Of a stretch of DNA of 64,000 nucleotides, positions 39,101-51,366 are shown piece by piece. The translations under genes and the position numbers were made by a program. Source of the stretch: Phoronis australis (lineage: Eukaryota; Animalia; Phoronida); the NCBI GenBank assembly GCA_002633005.1, contig NMRA01000618.1, positions 180,232 to 244,231 of the forward strand, in the 5' to 3' direction. Under the pieces are notes generated by a model. The model had not been told where the DNA came from. It did not search any database and saw nothing but the letters and a program-made list of their open reading frames with translations. Within the stretch, counting starts at the first letter, position 1; each line of letters starts with the position of its first letter.

Positions 39101-40660
39101 TGCTGTTAGCTGAAGATATCTTTAGCAATCGCCTATCCTCCAGGACAAAATATATATGTTACCCACGGTCACTCTGTTCTTTGCTCTAGTTCTGACATAC
39201 CGCCGAGAGTCGGACACCTGTATGTGCTTGTACATTGAGGACGCTCTGATCAAAGGTAATCAGAGACTACTGGTTTCTACAATTGATACTGATGTTGTGG
39301 TCGTTCTTCTTGGTGTTGTTGATCAGCTTAAGGCTTTGCTGTCAGCAATTCAATTACGGGTAGTGGTTAAAGCTGGAAAGAAGGTGCGGGAACTCTTCGT
39401 CAAGAGTTTGTTTGACTACTTAGGTACGATTTGTGTGTAGCTCTACCCATGTTTCATGCCTTAACAGGGTTGGACACAACGTCCCAGTTCTATGGAAAAG
39501 AGAAGAAAACAGCATGGGAGACATGAAAAGCTTACCGTGATGCTACTCAGGCATTCTCGTGTCGGCAATCAATTCCTTTTAGCAACTCACCGTCGACAGT
39601 CAGGAATTCAAAACAACTGAGACATTTACATGTTTCGTTTATGATCGAAAAGTCAAAACCAGCAAAGTCAATACTTTATGAAAGGAGCTTTTCCAACAAA
39701 AAGTTCAGATCATGCCAAATTTATCGCCTACCCAACCTCCTCTGATAAAGCAAGTTAACAAATTCTTGTATCAAGCTGGCAGTCGGATGCCCATCCACGG
39801 GAAACCAAGTCCATAGAGGTTTGCGTGGCAGAGTGACAAGGGCCAACAATGGACACCTTACTGGATAGACATGCCTGAAATCTCCAAAGCCGGCCAGCAG
39901 CTAATGGTTGCAAGAGCATACCACCATGGGGCAAGACATATAAATTAAAAGCAATTCCTTAGCATGCACAACCGGGGAACATGTCAGTAACATCATGGTT
40001 TGTTATGGACCAAAGGAACAGATGATAATGTTAATTGAATTCTGTGGTCTGCAATGGCAATTTGAGATTAATCTGTTTTATTGTGTTGATATTATACGCA
40101 GATGACAATCGGATTATATGTAGACAGGAGCTAGAAGAAGCATACTAAAGACATTTTTGAAAGCTGGTCTCTGAGTTTTTGGTATTCTGTCAAGTTCTAC
40201 GCATATAAATTGGTCTCTTTATCATAACATCAACTGAATTTTCATAGTTGTACAAATTAATGATAAATCTAATAAATTTTGGTAAGAAATCCTATTTGTT
40301 GTTGTATTATTAATCTTGCATCAGATCAAAATAGATGGTTTTGTTAAAATTGCAGTTGGTTGGTTAAATTTTGGAGGCCATATTGGAATTATGCAAATGA
40401 AGAGTCTGAATATTATGAGAAAAAGATAATGCGATGTCATTGATAGATTTCTAGTTAATAAAGTACTGTTACCTAGCCTTAAAGCAACCATAGATTGTGT
40501 TACTGGGCGGACATTTTGTTTTTTGAGATTTGACCTTGACCTTGACCTCAAAATTTGGGCAACCGACCCCATGAGATTCAGCATGTCAAAAAGTACTAGT
40601 GTGCCAAATCTGGTGCTTTAATCCAACGTGTAAATGTTTTCGGGTTAAGGGCCTGGACTA
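36182..40660 (+). mobile_element. Academ (XPG-type) DNA transposon, internally deleted and decayed
   Basis: TIRs TAGTCCGGTCCCTTA...TAAGGGCCTGGACTA extending ~150 bp; 3-bp TSD CTA at 36179-36181 and 40661-40663; transposase/XPG remnants inside. Confidence 0.88.
37620..39960 (+). pseudogene. Academ transposase and XPG-like nuclease remnant
   Basis: Fragments TRTRHAHQVT, FFALDLQNYARW, GGAIGLTENP, HENHSWPPSL, VFDGPAIV, RVDIVFDAY, STIDTDVVVV and FHALTGLDTTSQFYGK in order, with many stops and frameshifts. Confidence 0.82.
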
Positions 40661-41899
40661 CTATAGCTACTGTATAGCGGCCTCCACGTAATTATGAGTG
40701 AAACACGTTTCACAATTATGCTTTTGGTTTGATTGCCACGCAAAAAATCCTTATTTTTACTGTCCATTAACAATCATGAGTAAATGTCGATTGCGGATTA
40801 AAATAGAAAAATCTGGTGCCAAGTATTAATGAGTTGTCAATTAACGTTTTTCTGGCGAGATACGGATGTACATTTACAAGCTGGTTCTGGTGGATCCTTG
40901 AAAAAAATACTGAACGGTCCACGATCAACCCAGAAATTAATGGCAGTTGAACAATGCACGTGCTAAATTTCAACGTTACTAACGTTGTAGGCAAGGGAAC
41001 CCGTGTTGGTTGAGAATGGTAGTCGACAGGAAACCACGTAACTACTTTATTGAACAATAACACAATTTTGTAATTAAGGAATGATAAGTTTCTCAACGGA
41101 GTAACTCTTTGTTTAGGATGAAACAACCAAAACGCCATTAAAGAGGCATGGGACGCAAAAAACGAAGTAAATTGCATTATTTAAAGTGGTTGTCTACCAC
41201 TGACACAAAATTCAGATCCTGCTCACGAGTACGGTTTGTTCGCAAAGATTTTCAAGTTCTGTAAATGTACAACGAGTCAGAGCCCATGTACAAACTGACG
41301 GCATTGAAAATGCAGACAATGTAAAAAATATAGGCGGCAGCGATCCGCGTTGTGTAGCTGAACCTGTGCTCGGTTGCATGAAACAATCCAAAATTGGAAC
41401 TCAACTAAGTTCTCTAAATCTACTGCGTATTTGTGGACTTGTGAAAACACCAATTGTCACTTCTGCTATATTAGTTTCATTACTTAGTCAAAGTTTGGCT
41501 TTGATACAAAGTGAACTCAACATTGAATTCGCAGTATTATTGAAACTATTTAGGTATCTTTTCATGCAACACTAAGTCCCTGTTTATTTTCATTGAATTC
41601 CGGACTCAGTTTTTAGTTATATTCTTAAAATAATGTCATAAGTCGGTGAAGATGTCATAATAAAGCTGGAATGGTAGAATAAGATTATATTTGTGAGTAG
41701 ATAGGCAAACGATTTAGGAATCTTAGTCCCTATTTGAGACTGTTTCATGTAACCCGGCATTGGTGTACCGATATCCTACGAATGCTGCAGGCTGAATGTA
41801 CGCAACTGGATACATACATGTACATGTACCCAGTCAGCAGGTCGGTGGGTATCGCTTAATTCCTGCAGAGAAACAGTAACCTGGCCTGACAGAAACACA

Positions 41900-42050
41900 T
41901 CACTGGGTGGGGAATCCACTGTGTACCGGGTGTGGTATTGATGTTGAAACCCCTCAAAACCTGGTAGAGTATTGTCCGACTTTTTATAGGCTAAGGAGTA
42001 AGCTACAGGTGAATGGCACTGTTACATGCCTACAACATATTAGTCTAGTT
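41900..42050 (+). mobile_element. Short 3' fragment of a non-LTR retrotransposon (zinc-knuckle-like)
   Basis: PLCTGCGIDVETPQNLVEYCP resembles the CxxC...ET..H....CP knuckle at the end of LINE ORF2, with the His lost. Confidence 0.4.
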
Positions 42051-44223
42051 GCCAAAAAGGTGACCCTGCAATGTTGTTTACTGCAAAAGTTTTCTTTTGG
42101 AAATTCATTATATGTGGTTAGGAGAATAAAATTAACTTGGTTGCACTTTGAACATTTTTTATAATTCAAGATGGCAGCTTCCGCCATCTTGAATTTCTCC
42201 TAATTTCCATACTCTGAGTCCATTTCTGATATAATTTTTGGATGCCAGGTCACAGTCAAGGTCAAATGAAAGGTCAAAGGTCACGTTGAACTGAGACAAG
42301 GAAATTCATCAATTTTGGCCGACGAAATGTTAAATTTATGGGAAATGCAGAATTATTATTTCTGTGATTCCATTATATGAAGAATAAAGGACAGCTAAAT
42401 TCTTGAATAAGATATCCTGCTAACATCTCAATAGCTAGTTTAAAATATTGTTGCACCGGACCTACGCATGTTGATCAGGGAGGCCCACCGCACTGATCAC
42501 CTTGGACCATCTTCATGCTTTATTAGTTGAAACAAAGCTTACAGCTTGACTCAAGCGACCAGCAGTGTGTCCGTGTGAATTGAACACACAACCTTGAGTA
42601 GAGGAAGCCACACTGCCACATCGTGAATAGGGGTATGTGTACAGATTACACGCAATCCGTGCTGGGTACATATACGTAGACTGGGATGGGTACTATTATT
42701 AACTCAGGGAAACTCATAAACTATGACTTCTGGAACTTACATGTACTCATGCGCGTACCCAGGGGTGTGTGTATAGAACAAGAGATTTTAATAATAGCTG
42801 TACTACAGTCTTGTCATCCAAGTGTTAACAGCTGTGCTTCGAGTAGAGCTTTCTTGACATTATTAGACAGGTGCTCCACATACAGGAAACTTCAATATAA
42901 ACTTCGATGAAAGAACTCTGTCAGGCTGCTAAACTTTGAATAAACTTCTTGCCAGAAATGTTTGGCACTTTAGTCGAACACTTATCACACGTTTGTCGAA
43001 CTTTTGTCGTAGTTTAGGTTGCCGTTATTGCGCCTAGCCGTTTATTGTATATTTATGAATGGAGTTACGTGCAAAATGTGGAAATTAAGACAACGTACAT
43101 GGAGGCGCTATCGTATTCTAGTCGAAAATAATTTCCACGTTGTTCGGTTTACTTTAAAAACTACTACACCAGCGCAGGTACCGTACACAATCATGGTGAC
43201 CTGCTGCAAAGAAATATGTCAACATCTTCTTGAGACAGGATTGTCTAAGGAAGAAGTCAAGGCAGAAACATGAGAGACAGCAGTGTTGACTTAAAAAGAC
43301 AATTTACCGATATGGGTGGTTATTGACCATCCAGGTAAACCATCAACTCTTCATAAGACTTGGCCCCATTTGAGTAGACATTGGGTAACAACATGGCTGT
43401 GATAAGATTGTATACCTACCGAGGATCGGTTCTAGCCTTACCGTTGACTACAGTATACTGGAGTGTAACAGGTTACTACTCCGATGGCCCACCACTCCGA
43501 ACAATACAGCTACTCCGAAGGTCCACTACTCCGAAAGAACACCGTTACTACAGCTTTTTTTACACGATCTTCCTAAATTTTCTCAAAATTTCACTAATGA
43601 GATATTATTTTGTTACCCATACAAAAAAAATTGTGACAATGAAGTCCAATGACTTATTTCTGCCATTTTACTGTCTTGGTAGTTAACAACTCTTGTATCC
43701 TATATTCTTTGAATTTCGCTTAATCGAGAGAAAATGTATCATATTACATGCGCGCACATACGGGGAGGCTCAAATGAGACCCCCCATTCGGCGAAGTGGG
43801 CAAAAAGGTCCGAGAAAACGACACAAAGTCCACTAAAAAGGCGCGAATACACAATTCATAGCCCTGAATGAGATATCGATTTTTTGGTCCTCGTTTTTGG
43901 TTTATAAAAACACATTGCCAAAAATTCGAGCCTCCCCCATATTTTAGACTGGGTTTGCACATGTATTAGTGTTATAAAATGAAACAAATGCGTTCATATT
44001 TGGAGGAGGTGTGGGTTTCTTCGGAGTAGTTTTTTCTTTGTGGAGAAGAGGTTTTTCATACATGTAGAATTGTTTATTTGGAGTAATGGACAGTACCGGT
44101 AACCATATACTGGACGCACCAGCAACTGCCGAGCATATGAGCATTTCCAAGCCATATGCTTTCTCTATTTTGTGTCGAAGCAGCTTCATTTCAAGGAAAG
44201 TGTGGAAACAAGTGAAGGCTAAC

Positions 44224-44524
44224 CTGTTTTACACGAACACTGTGTCAAATTATTCAGTTTGCCTGTGTGCTTGTCGAGAGTCGTCTGCTGTTTGGCAAAG
44301 GATTCCAAATATCTTGTCCTTGTTTGAGTAACCACGGCCTTTAGTTCAGCAATTTCACGTGTCTGAACATCAATTTTGTTGTTTATAGCAGCAAAAAGTG
44401 TGGAAACTCTTCTTTCCAAACTGGCCAATGACGTCACCATAGTTTTTGGAGGAGACGGTGTTATTCTTCCGAAGGTGGAGCCATCGCAATCCGGATGGGA
44501 ACATCCCGACACCATATTCAACTG
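44224..44524 (-). CDS. Putative secreted coiled-coil protein, exon 2
   Basis: NAGNAG acceptor (tag/cag); open frame QLNMVSGCSHPDCDG...LASLERRVSTLFAAINNKIDVQTREIAELKAVV...QCSCKT; donor G|GTTAGC. Confidence 0.6.
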
Positions 44525-44824
44525 CTAAAATACCAATTAACATAACACAAAGATTATCACTTCCAGATACATGTACATGTATGATAGTGGCATGGCATGG
44601 AATACGTAATTCTCATCTCATCGCAGAGAGAGATACTTCGTCAACGTTAAATAAGCAACTCTAGGTATTGCAGAAAGTTTACGGTAGACTAATGCTAAGT
44701 TATAGACATGAACTGTGCTTACACATACATTTCAAAGTGCTTTAAAAAGGCAAATACATATAGAGATGCATATCTCCTGAAGTTTGACTTGCATGCGAAC
44801 TGGTAAGTGAACAACTTAACTTAC

Positions 44825-44857
44825 AACCAGTACCGCGAAGTACAGTACAACAATCAT
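44825..44857 (-). CDS. Putative secreted coiled-coil protein, exon 1 (start of signal peptide)
   Basis: ATG-initiated MIVVLYFAVLV followed by a consensus GTAAGT donor in phase 0, in frame with exon 2. Confidence 0.55.
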
Positions 44858-45105
44858 CGTTTCGTTTCTTCGAGACCTCTCGGTGTCGCCAAAAATGCTT
44901 GTGCTGTTTCACTGTGAGACACTCAGTTTGAGCAATGAGCTAGTACATAAGGAGTAGCTCATTGGTTTGAGAAACCTCGCGTTTAGAGTCACGTGTATAC
45001 TGATAGTGAACGGTTACAGGTGACAATTCGCAAGAACCGAACAGCAAGCCGTCATTATCTAGTTGTGGGAATGGTCAAAAGGTTGCAAATCTATGAAATG
45101 GGCTA

Positions 45106-45600
45106 AAGGGTTCTTAAACGAGTAACTTTTTGTGCGTTGAGATGTGTTTAATCAACGCGTAGTTTTTTTTAAATTTACGCTTTCATCGCTTAATCTTCCC
45201 GTACTTTTGCTTAATTTACACGTGCTTTTACTTAATCTACGCGTACTTTTATTATGCACGTAAGAACCCTTTGGGAATACCTACAAATCGACCTCGCTTA
45301 ACTCTTCATCGCATATGTCTGTGCAGCGGCAAGGGTTCTTAAACGAACACTACATGTACATACCTACGTATACTTTAGCTTAATCTACAGTACGTGTACT
45401 TTTGCTTAATTTGCTTTTGCTTAATCTCCGAGTACTTTTAATTTACACGAACGTTTGCTTAATCTACGTGTACATTTAGTTCTTAAACGATCATAATTGG
45501 AGAGCATGGGCGTGATTCAAAGCACGCGCACATTAAATAAAAATACGCGTAGATTAAGCATAGTTCGACGCATAGAAATGTACTCGTTTAAGTAACCTTT
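45106..45600. repeat. Two adjacent MITE-like units with internal ~20-bp TTTGCTTAATCTACGCGTAC repeats
   Basis: AAAGGGTTCTTA...TAAGAACCCTTT ends (45106-45272) and a second copy at 45331-45600. Confidence 0.55.
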
Positions 45601-45860
45601 GGCGCTTTATATATGCCAGACACTAAAATATATCGCACTTACACATCAGTCGTAAACTGATAAGCCGTTTTTTCGCCGTCCCGAAGGTGACGAGATCAGC
45701 AAAATCACTTGTATTGACAAAATGGACAATAACCATGGATTGAAATAGTTTGGCCTTTTTCGCCATTTGTGCAAAGGTTGTAAGAGAATAGCTCTATCTT
45801 ACGTCGTGCTACTATAAATGGAAACAGTGCGTACGCAGCATAGGCGGATTTAGGGGGGGG

Positions 45861-45901
45861 NNNNNNNNNNNNNNNNNNNNNNNNNNNNNNNNNNNNNNNN
45901 N
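45861..45901. other. Assembly gap
   Basis: Run of N. Confidence 1.
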
Positions 45902-46521
45902 GCTCAGATCCAATTTCAAGTGTCAAATTCGGAACACGGCACAATCGTAACGGAACTATGGCTAAGTATAGGCTCTCCCGCGATATCTCAGGCGACCGGC
46001 AGTGGCGCTGGGCACTACGACTCCGTTTCTGTCGTCTGCTCCACTGTGCATTTTTTAAAAATACTGGAATTTGAGTGATCGTGAAAAAACAGAAGCTGCT
46101 GGTAAGATGTCAATTTTAATCGAAGCTTTAGTGAATCACTCAGAAACTCACAATTCTTTCTTTGTCAAGCCTTAACTTAAAAGACGACTTCCAAAGCAAT
46201 CGCTTCATTATTGCCAACACAAAAACGGATTTGGTCTTTTGGGCAATTGAAGACTATTTTAAATACAACAAATTTGTTACGAACTGATTGCACAAAAACA
46301 TGTAATAAGCATTACAAAAAGGAGTTTTCGCGCGCAAACGCTGTGGATCATGCACATCTACAATCGTGCTTGGACCAAATGTTTACAGACAAAATGTTGG
46401 GCCCCCCCTTGTGATATCCTAGATCCGCCACTGTAATAAGCATTACAAAAAGAAGTAGGTTTCGCGCGCAAACGCTGTGGACCATAAACGAGTAGGTCTC
46501 TTAGTATGTGGTTAGTAGTTC

Positions 46522-46630
46522 GTTCGTGGTGGTGTAGTGGTAATGCACGTCAGGTCGTGAGTTCGAATCTTCGGAACTCGTAGTTTTCCCTGTTTGACAC
46601 GTTCTCTATTTTTTTTTGCTTTTTTTCCTT
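46522..46630 (+). repeat. tRNA-derived head (A and B boxes) with a T-rich tail; truncated SINE-like
   Basis: A box TGGTGTAGTGG (46530-46540) and B box GTTCGAATC (46561-46569); no anticodon arm. Confidence 0.5.
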
Positions 46631-47540
46631 GGATAATACTTCAGGAATCAAGGAAAATGCTTGATTTTTAGAGGTAAAAACAGAAAAATTTTCCTGGGCT
46701 ACCTCCCCACATTCGATGCTATGCACATCTACAATTGCGGTTCACTTTACGCAAATGCTTGCAGCCGGACAAAATGTTGGGCCCCCCGTTGTGATATCCT
46801 AGATCCGCTACTGCGCAGAGATTATCTTGTGGGAGATTATGTGTACGATTGGCGATTTTTCGGTGGAGTGGTTTGCGTAATGTCACAAGTGTGCTGATCG
46901 TTGATGGGCCAAATGATTCAATCACACTATTTCACAGTGCCTCGTTTTAAAAAAGCTCGCACGGATTAGACAGCGATCGTGTATGTACAACAAATAACAT
47001 TTCCGCAAAAACTGAGGAATGTCTGACATGACAAGAATTTCAGATATTAATTTTGTACACAGGAAAAATTTGGATGATTGATGTAGTTTCTAAAAACTCT
47101 AATGTACATAGGGTAGCGGACAACTATTGTCACGGTTATATCACGATATGAATTGCTGGAACTCAATTAAATTACTTGAATGGGAGACTTTCGAGTCACG
47201 ACATGGGGCCGGACATTAGGTGGCCTCTAGGGTACGAGGAGGCAGTTTTTATTTAAAATGCGTCACGTCATTTTTATTAAAACGCACCACATTTGATCAC
47301 CTATACTGTAACAATAGCCGTTTCACGAAGTCAAACCCACTGCGAAAAAGTACACCCTAGTTTCGTCAGGTGGCGATCCTTTGCACTGATTAAACTGTAT
47401 ATACCTTGCTTCATGAAGTTTTCCCTTTGGTTAGCAGTTTAGCGGACTACTTGTGAGAAGATGCATAAATACTTTTGACTGCCATGTTTACTCTGGTATT
47501 CCAAGTCACACATGTATGAAGGAGTGAAGTAAATGTCCTT

Positions 47541-49075
47541 AACGGGTTTGGATACAAAAACTACCTTTGACTTGATCCTGGCTTCTGGTATGTTACCAAG
47601 ACTACTAGGACTGGTTTCCTGAATAACATACAGAATTGGAAAAGCTTGATTCCCGCTTTCGAGAACACCTCTATATCATTCCTAAAATGGATTTTGTACT
47701 GTTGAAGTGTTAGACAAGAGAATAATGATTTTATAATTCAAAATCTAACCAAACAAGCACTTATTTTGGGAATTGGAGAATTTTAAACAAAAAATATTTT
47801 TTGTTTCCCGCCATGTGACGTCATCAGTTGACGGTATATATGCAATGGCAAATAGTGGTGATTTTGTAAGTTACTAAGACTTAGAGAGCGAGCTTGTCGA
47901 ACACTATGAAGACAAGGTATGGACATAGGTGAAAACGACACTCAGGCCGTAGGTGAAACAGGTAACGAGATAGACCTCGCCATATCGGCAGACTTTGCAC
48001 GTCTGAGACCGTACGAACTCGAACCTCCCGCACCGAGGTCTTCGTCCAGTGGAACCGAGTCGGAGCCTACTCAGTCTACGGACAGTCCCCCATCACGATT
48101 TAATTTTCTAACCACTTCAGTGTCGAGCAATATGTCTCGAACAGAAAATCTAACCGAAGTTTTTACCCTGAAGCCAGTCGCGAACAGCAGACCGTGATTT
48201 AATTTCTTTAAATGCCGAGTGTTTTGGCAGAAACGATCATATCTAATTGTAGTGATACCAACTGGCTTTTATTTCTGGTAAATAATACTCATTTCTATCT
48301 TGTCTGTTCAACAATCATGAAAGCTTTCTACCCTTATGATTCGTCGACTTCTATCCAGTTTCCGACTCTAGACACTGCGTCGGCTGCGATCGTGATCTCA
48401 AATTATTGGCGAGGCATCTATATCCAATTTCATACTATTAGGTATTGACACATATTTGGATAGCATGAATTTCCACAACATCTTGAATAAGAATAGACTG
48501 ATGGAAACGTAATGCAATCATTCATTATCTCCCGTCACCAATTTAATTCGGAGGCTCATACTTAATATGTGCCCGCGACAACTACGTTCCCAGCACCGTT
48601 ACAACACAATACACTTCCTCTCCATCAAATGCACTTACTCTTTTCAGAAACCTTCATCCAATCTCCGTTTCTGCGACGGATTTTACCACTATTCTTCAAA
48701 ATGGCTGAGCATAGCGTTGCCCATGAACAGACCGCTTGCTCCACCGTACACTGCCACCCCTATCCGACGCACCATTTCGGGCCGATCTTAGGGTCTTTTA
48801 TAAAGCCAAATACTGAAATATCGTCTGCCCGAATACATTTACTGCATTCTCCCCATATGCAACCTTTCATAATGCTCCGACGAACTCAAGTTTTCGAGAC
48901 CACTACGGCTCACAGCTGGTAAAAGCACAAGACGGAGACCGGATCCACTGATGACGTCACACAAGAAGTTTACTTTTTTAAATTTTGCGTTTATTTCTTG
49001 ATTACAAGTACAAAAATTGAAGAAGAAATACTTAATCATACCAAAATTGTTGGCAATCGAATCCAAAAACTTATG
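47541..49075. mobile_element. Decayed Kolobok-type element: KolX-like start on plus, THAP remnant on minus
   Basis: Plus ORF 47919 has RPYELEP...SRTENL; minus strand from 48870 reads MKGCIWGECS..ISVFGFIKDP..W..ATLCSA/HFEE (frameshifted THAP); inverted GTGACGTCATCAGT motifs near 47815 and 48949. Ends approximate. Confidence 0.6.
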
Positions 49076-49198
49076 ACCATGGAGTAAAGGGTTTATAAGC
49101 AGAACCTGTTGCCCTGATGTTTCCTCGTACCTCGATAAATTTGTGGAGAAAAACAATTGACATGAAAATATTATTGTGGAGCGATGTTGAACATATTG

Positions 49199-50649
49199 CA
49201 ATTGATCTATCGCCAGGATTATGACGGAAGGCTTAATTGACCAATCAGAACAAAGCATTCTTGGCACACCTTCGTCTGCGTTTCCAAGCCGCCATTATAC
49301 CCGACAAACCACACGTAATCGATTAAAACTTACTTTGGTCTATAGCTCAAGAAATTGTCCGCTAAGAATGGGGAAACGGTGTTGATATGGCGTGTGTAGC
49401 ACCGAAAGCCGTTATGCTGCTCCAGAATAATATCCCGTCATTTTTTGGCATGTCCTAAGCCGAAAAATGATGTTGAAAAGCGTAAACTATGGANNNNNNN
49501 NNNNNNNNNNNNNNNNNNNNNNNNNNNNNNNNNNNNNNNNNNNNNNNNNNNNNNNNNNNNNNNNNNNNNNNNNNNNNNNNNNNNNNNNNNNNNNNNNNNN
49601 NNNNNNNNNNNNNNNNNNNNNNNNNNNNNNNNNNNNNNNNNNNNNNNNNNNNNNNNNNNNNNNNNNNNNNNNNNNNNNNNNNNNNNNNNNNNNNNNNNNN
49701 NNNNNNNNNNNNNNNNNNNNNNNNNNNNNNNNNNNNNNNNNNNNNNNNNNNNNNNNNNNNNNNNNNNNNNNNNNNNNNNNNNNNNNNNNNNNNNNNNNNN
49801 NNNNNNNNNNNNNNNNNNNNNNNNNNNNNNNNNNNNNNNNNNNNNNNNNNNNNNNNNNNNNNNNNNNNNNNNNNNNNNNNNNNNNNNNNNNNNNNNNNNN
49901 NNNNNNNNNNNNNNNNNNNNNNNNNNNNNNNNNNNNNNNNNNNNNNNNNNNNNNNNNNNNNNNNNNNNNNNNNNNNNNNNNNNNNNNNNNNNNNNNNNNN
50001 NNNNNNNNNNNNNNNNNNNNNNNNNNNNNNNNNNNNNNNNNNNNNNNNNNNNNNNNNNNNNNNNNNNNNNNNNNNNNNNNNNNNNNNNNNNNNNNNNNNN
50101 NNNNNNNNNNNNNNNNNNNNNNNNNNNNNNNNNNNNNNNNNNNNNNNNNNNNNNNNNNNNNNNNNNNNNNNNNNNNNNNNCTACTTTACTCCAGGAGTCC
50201 CACCAGTTGTGACCTACTTTTTATTTGGCGAAATTTAGCAGACGACAGAATAAAAATATCGGTGAATCTTCACTGATTTTATTCGAAAGATCATGAAATC
50301 TATGGAATCGTACAGATAATTCGACTTTACGGTACATACCCAGCTTTACATGAACATATCGTATCAGGGGCCTTGTCATTTGTCACGTGAAGGTGGCCCC
50401 GAGGCAGAGGGGATTTTCGCTAGCTCCTCGAGCCAATTTTTACAAATTCCCATATCATGAACGTACGATTCTCTGTTGAAAAGCATCGCCTCTTGTCTCT
50501 GTCGAAGCGTTTTCAAATAGTGCAAAAACACTCATCGATACCACCAGGAACGTCGTTTAGCGACAGTGTATTTGCCTCTGACATCTCGTTCGAATGTCGG
50601 GTATCACGTGACTTTTCGCATAGGGGCGGAGCTTGCGATAGGTCAATTG
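49199..50649. mobile_element. ISL2EU/Harbinger-like DNA transposon remnant spanning a gap
   Basis: Inverted ends CAATTGATCTATCGC / GCGATAGGTCAATTG; plus THAP-like start MGKRC*YGVCSTESRY..PKPK..EKRKLW at 49368; minus remnant ESYVH...ICSCKAG near 50335-50480. Confidence 0.6.
49494..50180. other. Assembly gap
   Basis: Run of N. Confidence 1.
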
Positions 50650-51366
50650 GTTAAACTAGTTAACTGATGTTTTAATATCTATCTCAACACTGGTCTGGGT
50701 GTGATTGGCTGGAAAAACCCATTATCGGATTTGTCTGGCAGTGTTCTTTCACGATACGTGTGGTTATTTTGGATATTTTACAACTGATTTCATGCGGTCA
50801 CCTCTTGGGTTGATCTAGCTCAAATTTGACTCCCTAACACCGTTTATCTGACAGGAGCACCTCACTACTAAAACTGTCTCAGTGGCATACTGCACTTACG
50901 TCACGTGGAACGATCCTAAACTGACACCATTAGGGTGCCCACGATCAACAGATACCACAACCGACACCCTCACAATATACATGTACAAGCATTTGCAGTT
51001 CTTACCCAATACATTGAATTCCATTCAAGTCTCAGCAGCAAACAGCTTGCACTGTGTGCGTGTCATCTTGACTACTGAACAGCGAGGGCGCAAAATCTTT
51101 GTGAACTTTATATTGTTTCAAGTCCGTTCCAAGGAAGTGACCTTAAGATTGACTTAAGTTTTGTCTTGAGTTCAACCTGACTTACAGGTACCGAATGTGG
51201 AAGTTTCAAAAGTTTAAATTGAGACAAATTGTAGACTTAAGTGCCCCAGATTTATATTTCACCAAACACAGTATATATCATGGGCGGCGCACCATAGGGG
51301 GCTATAGCTCCCACTTATTTCAGTGCTGCGCGGCCCACGTAAATGAGATGAAAAACCTTTGTATTT

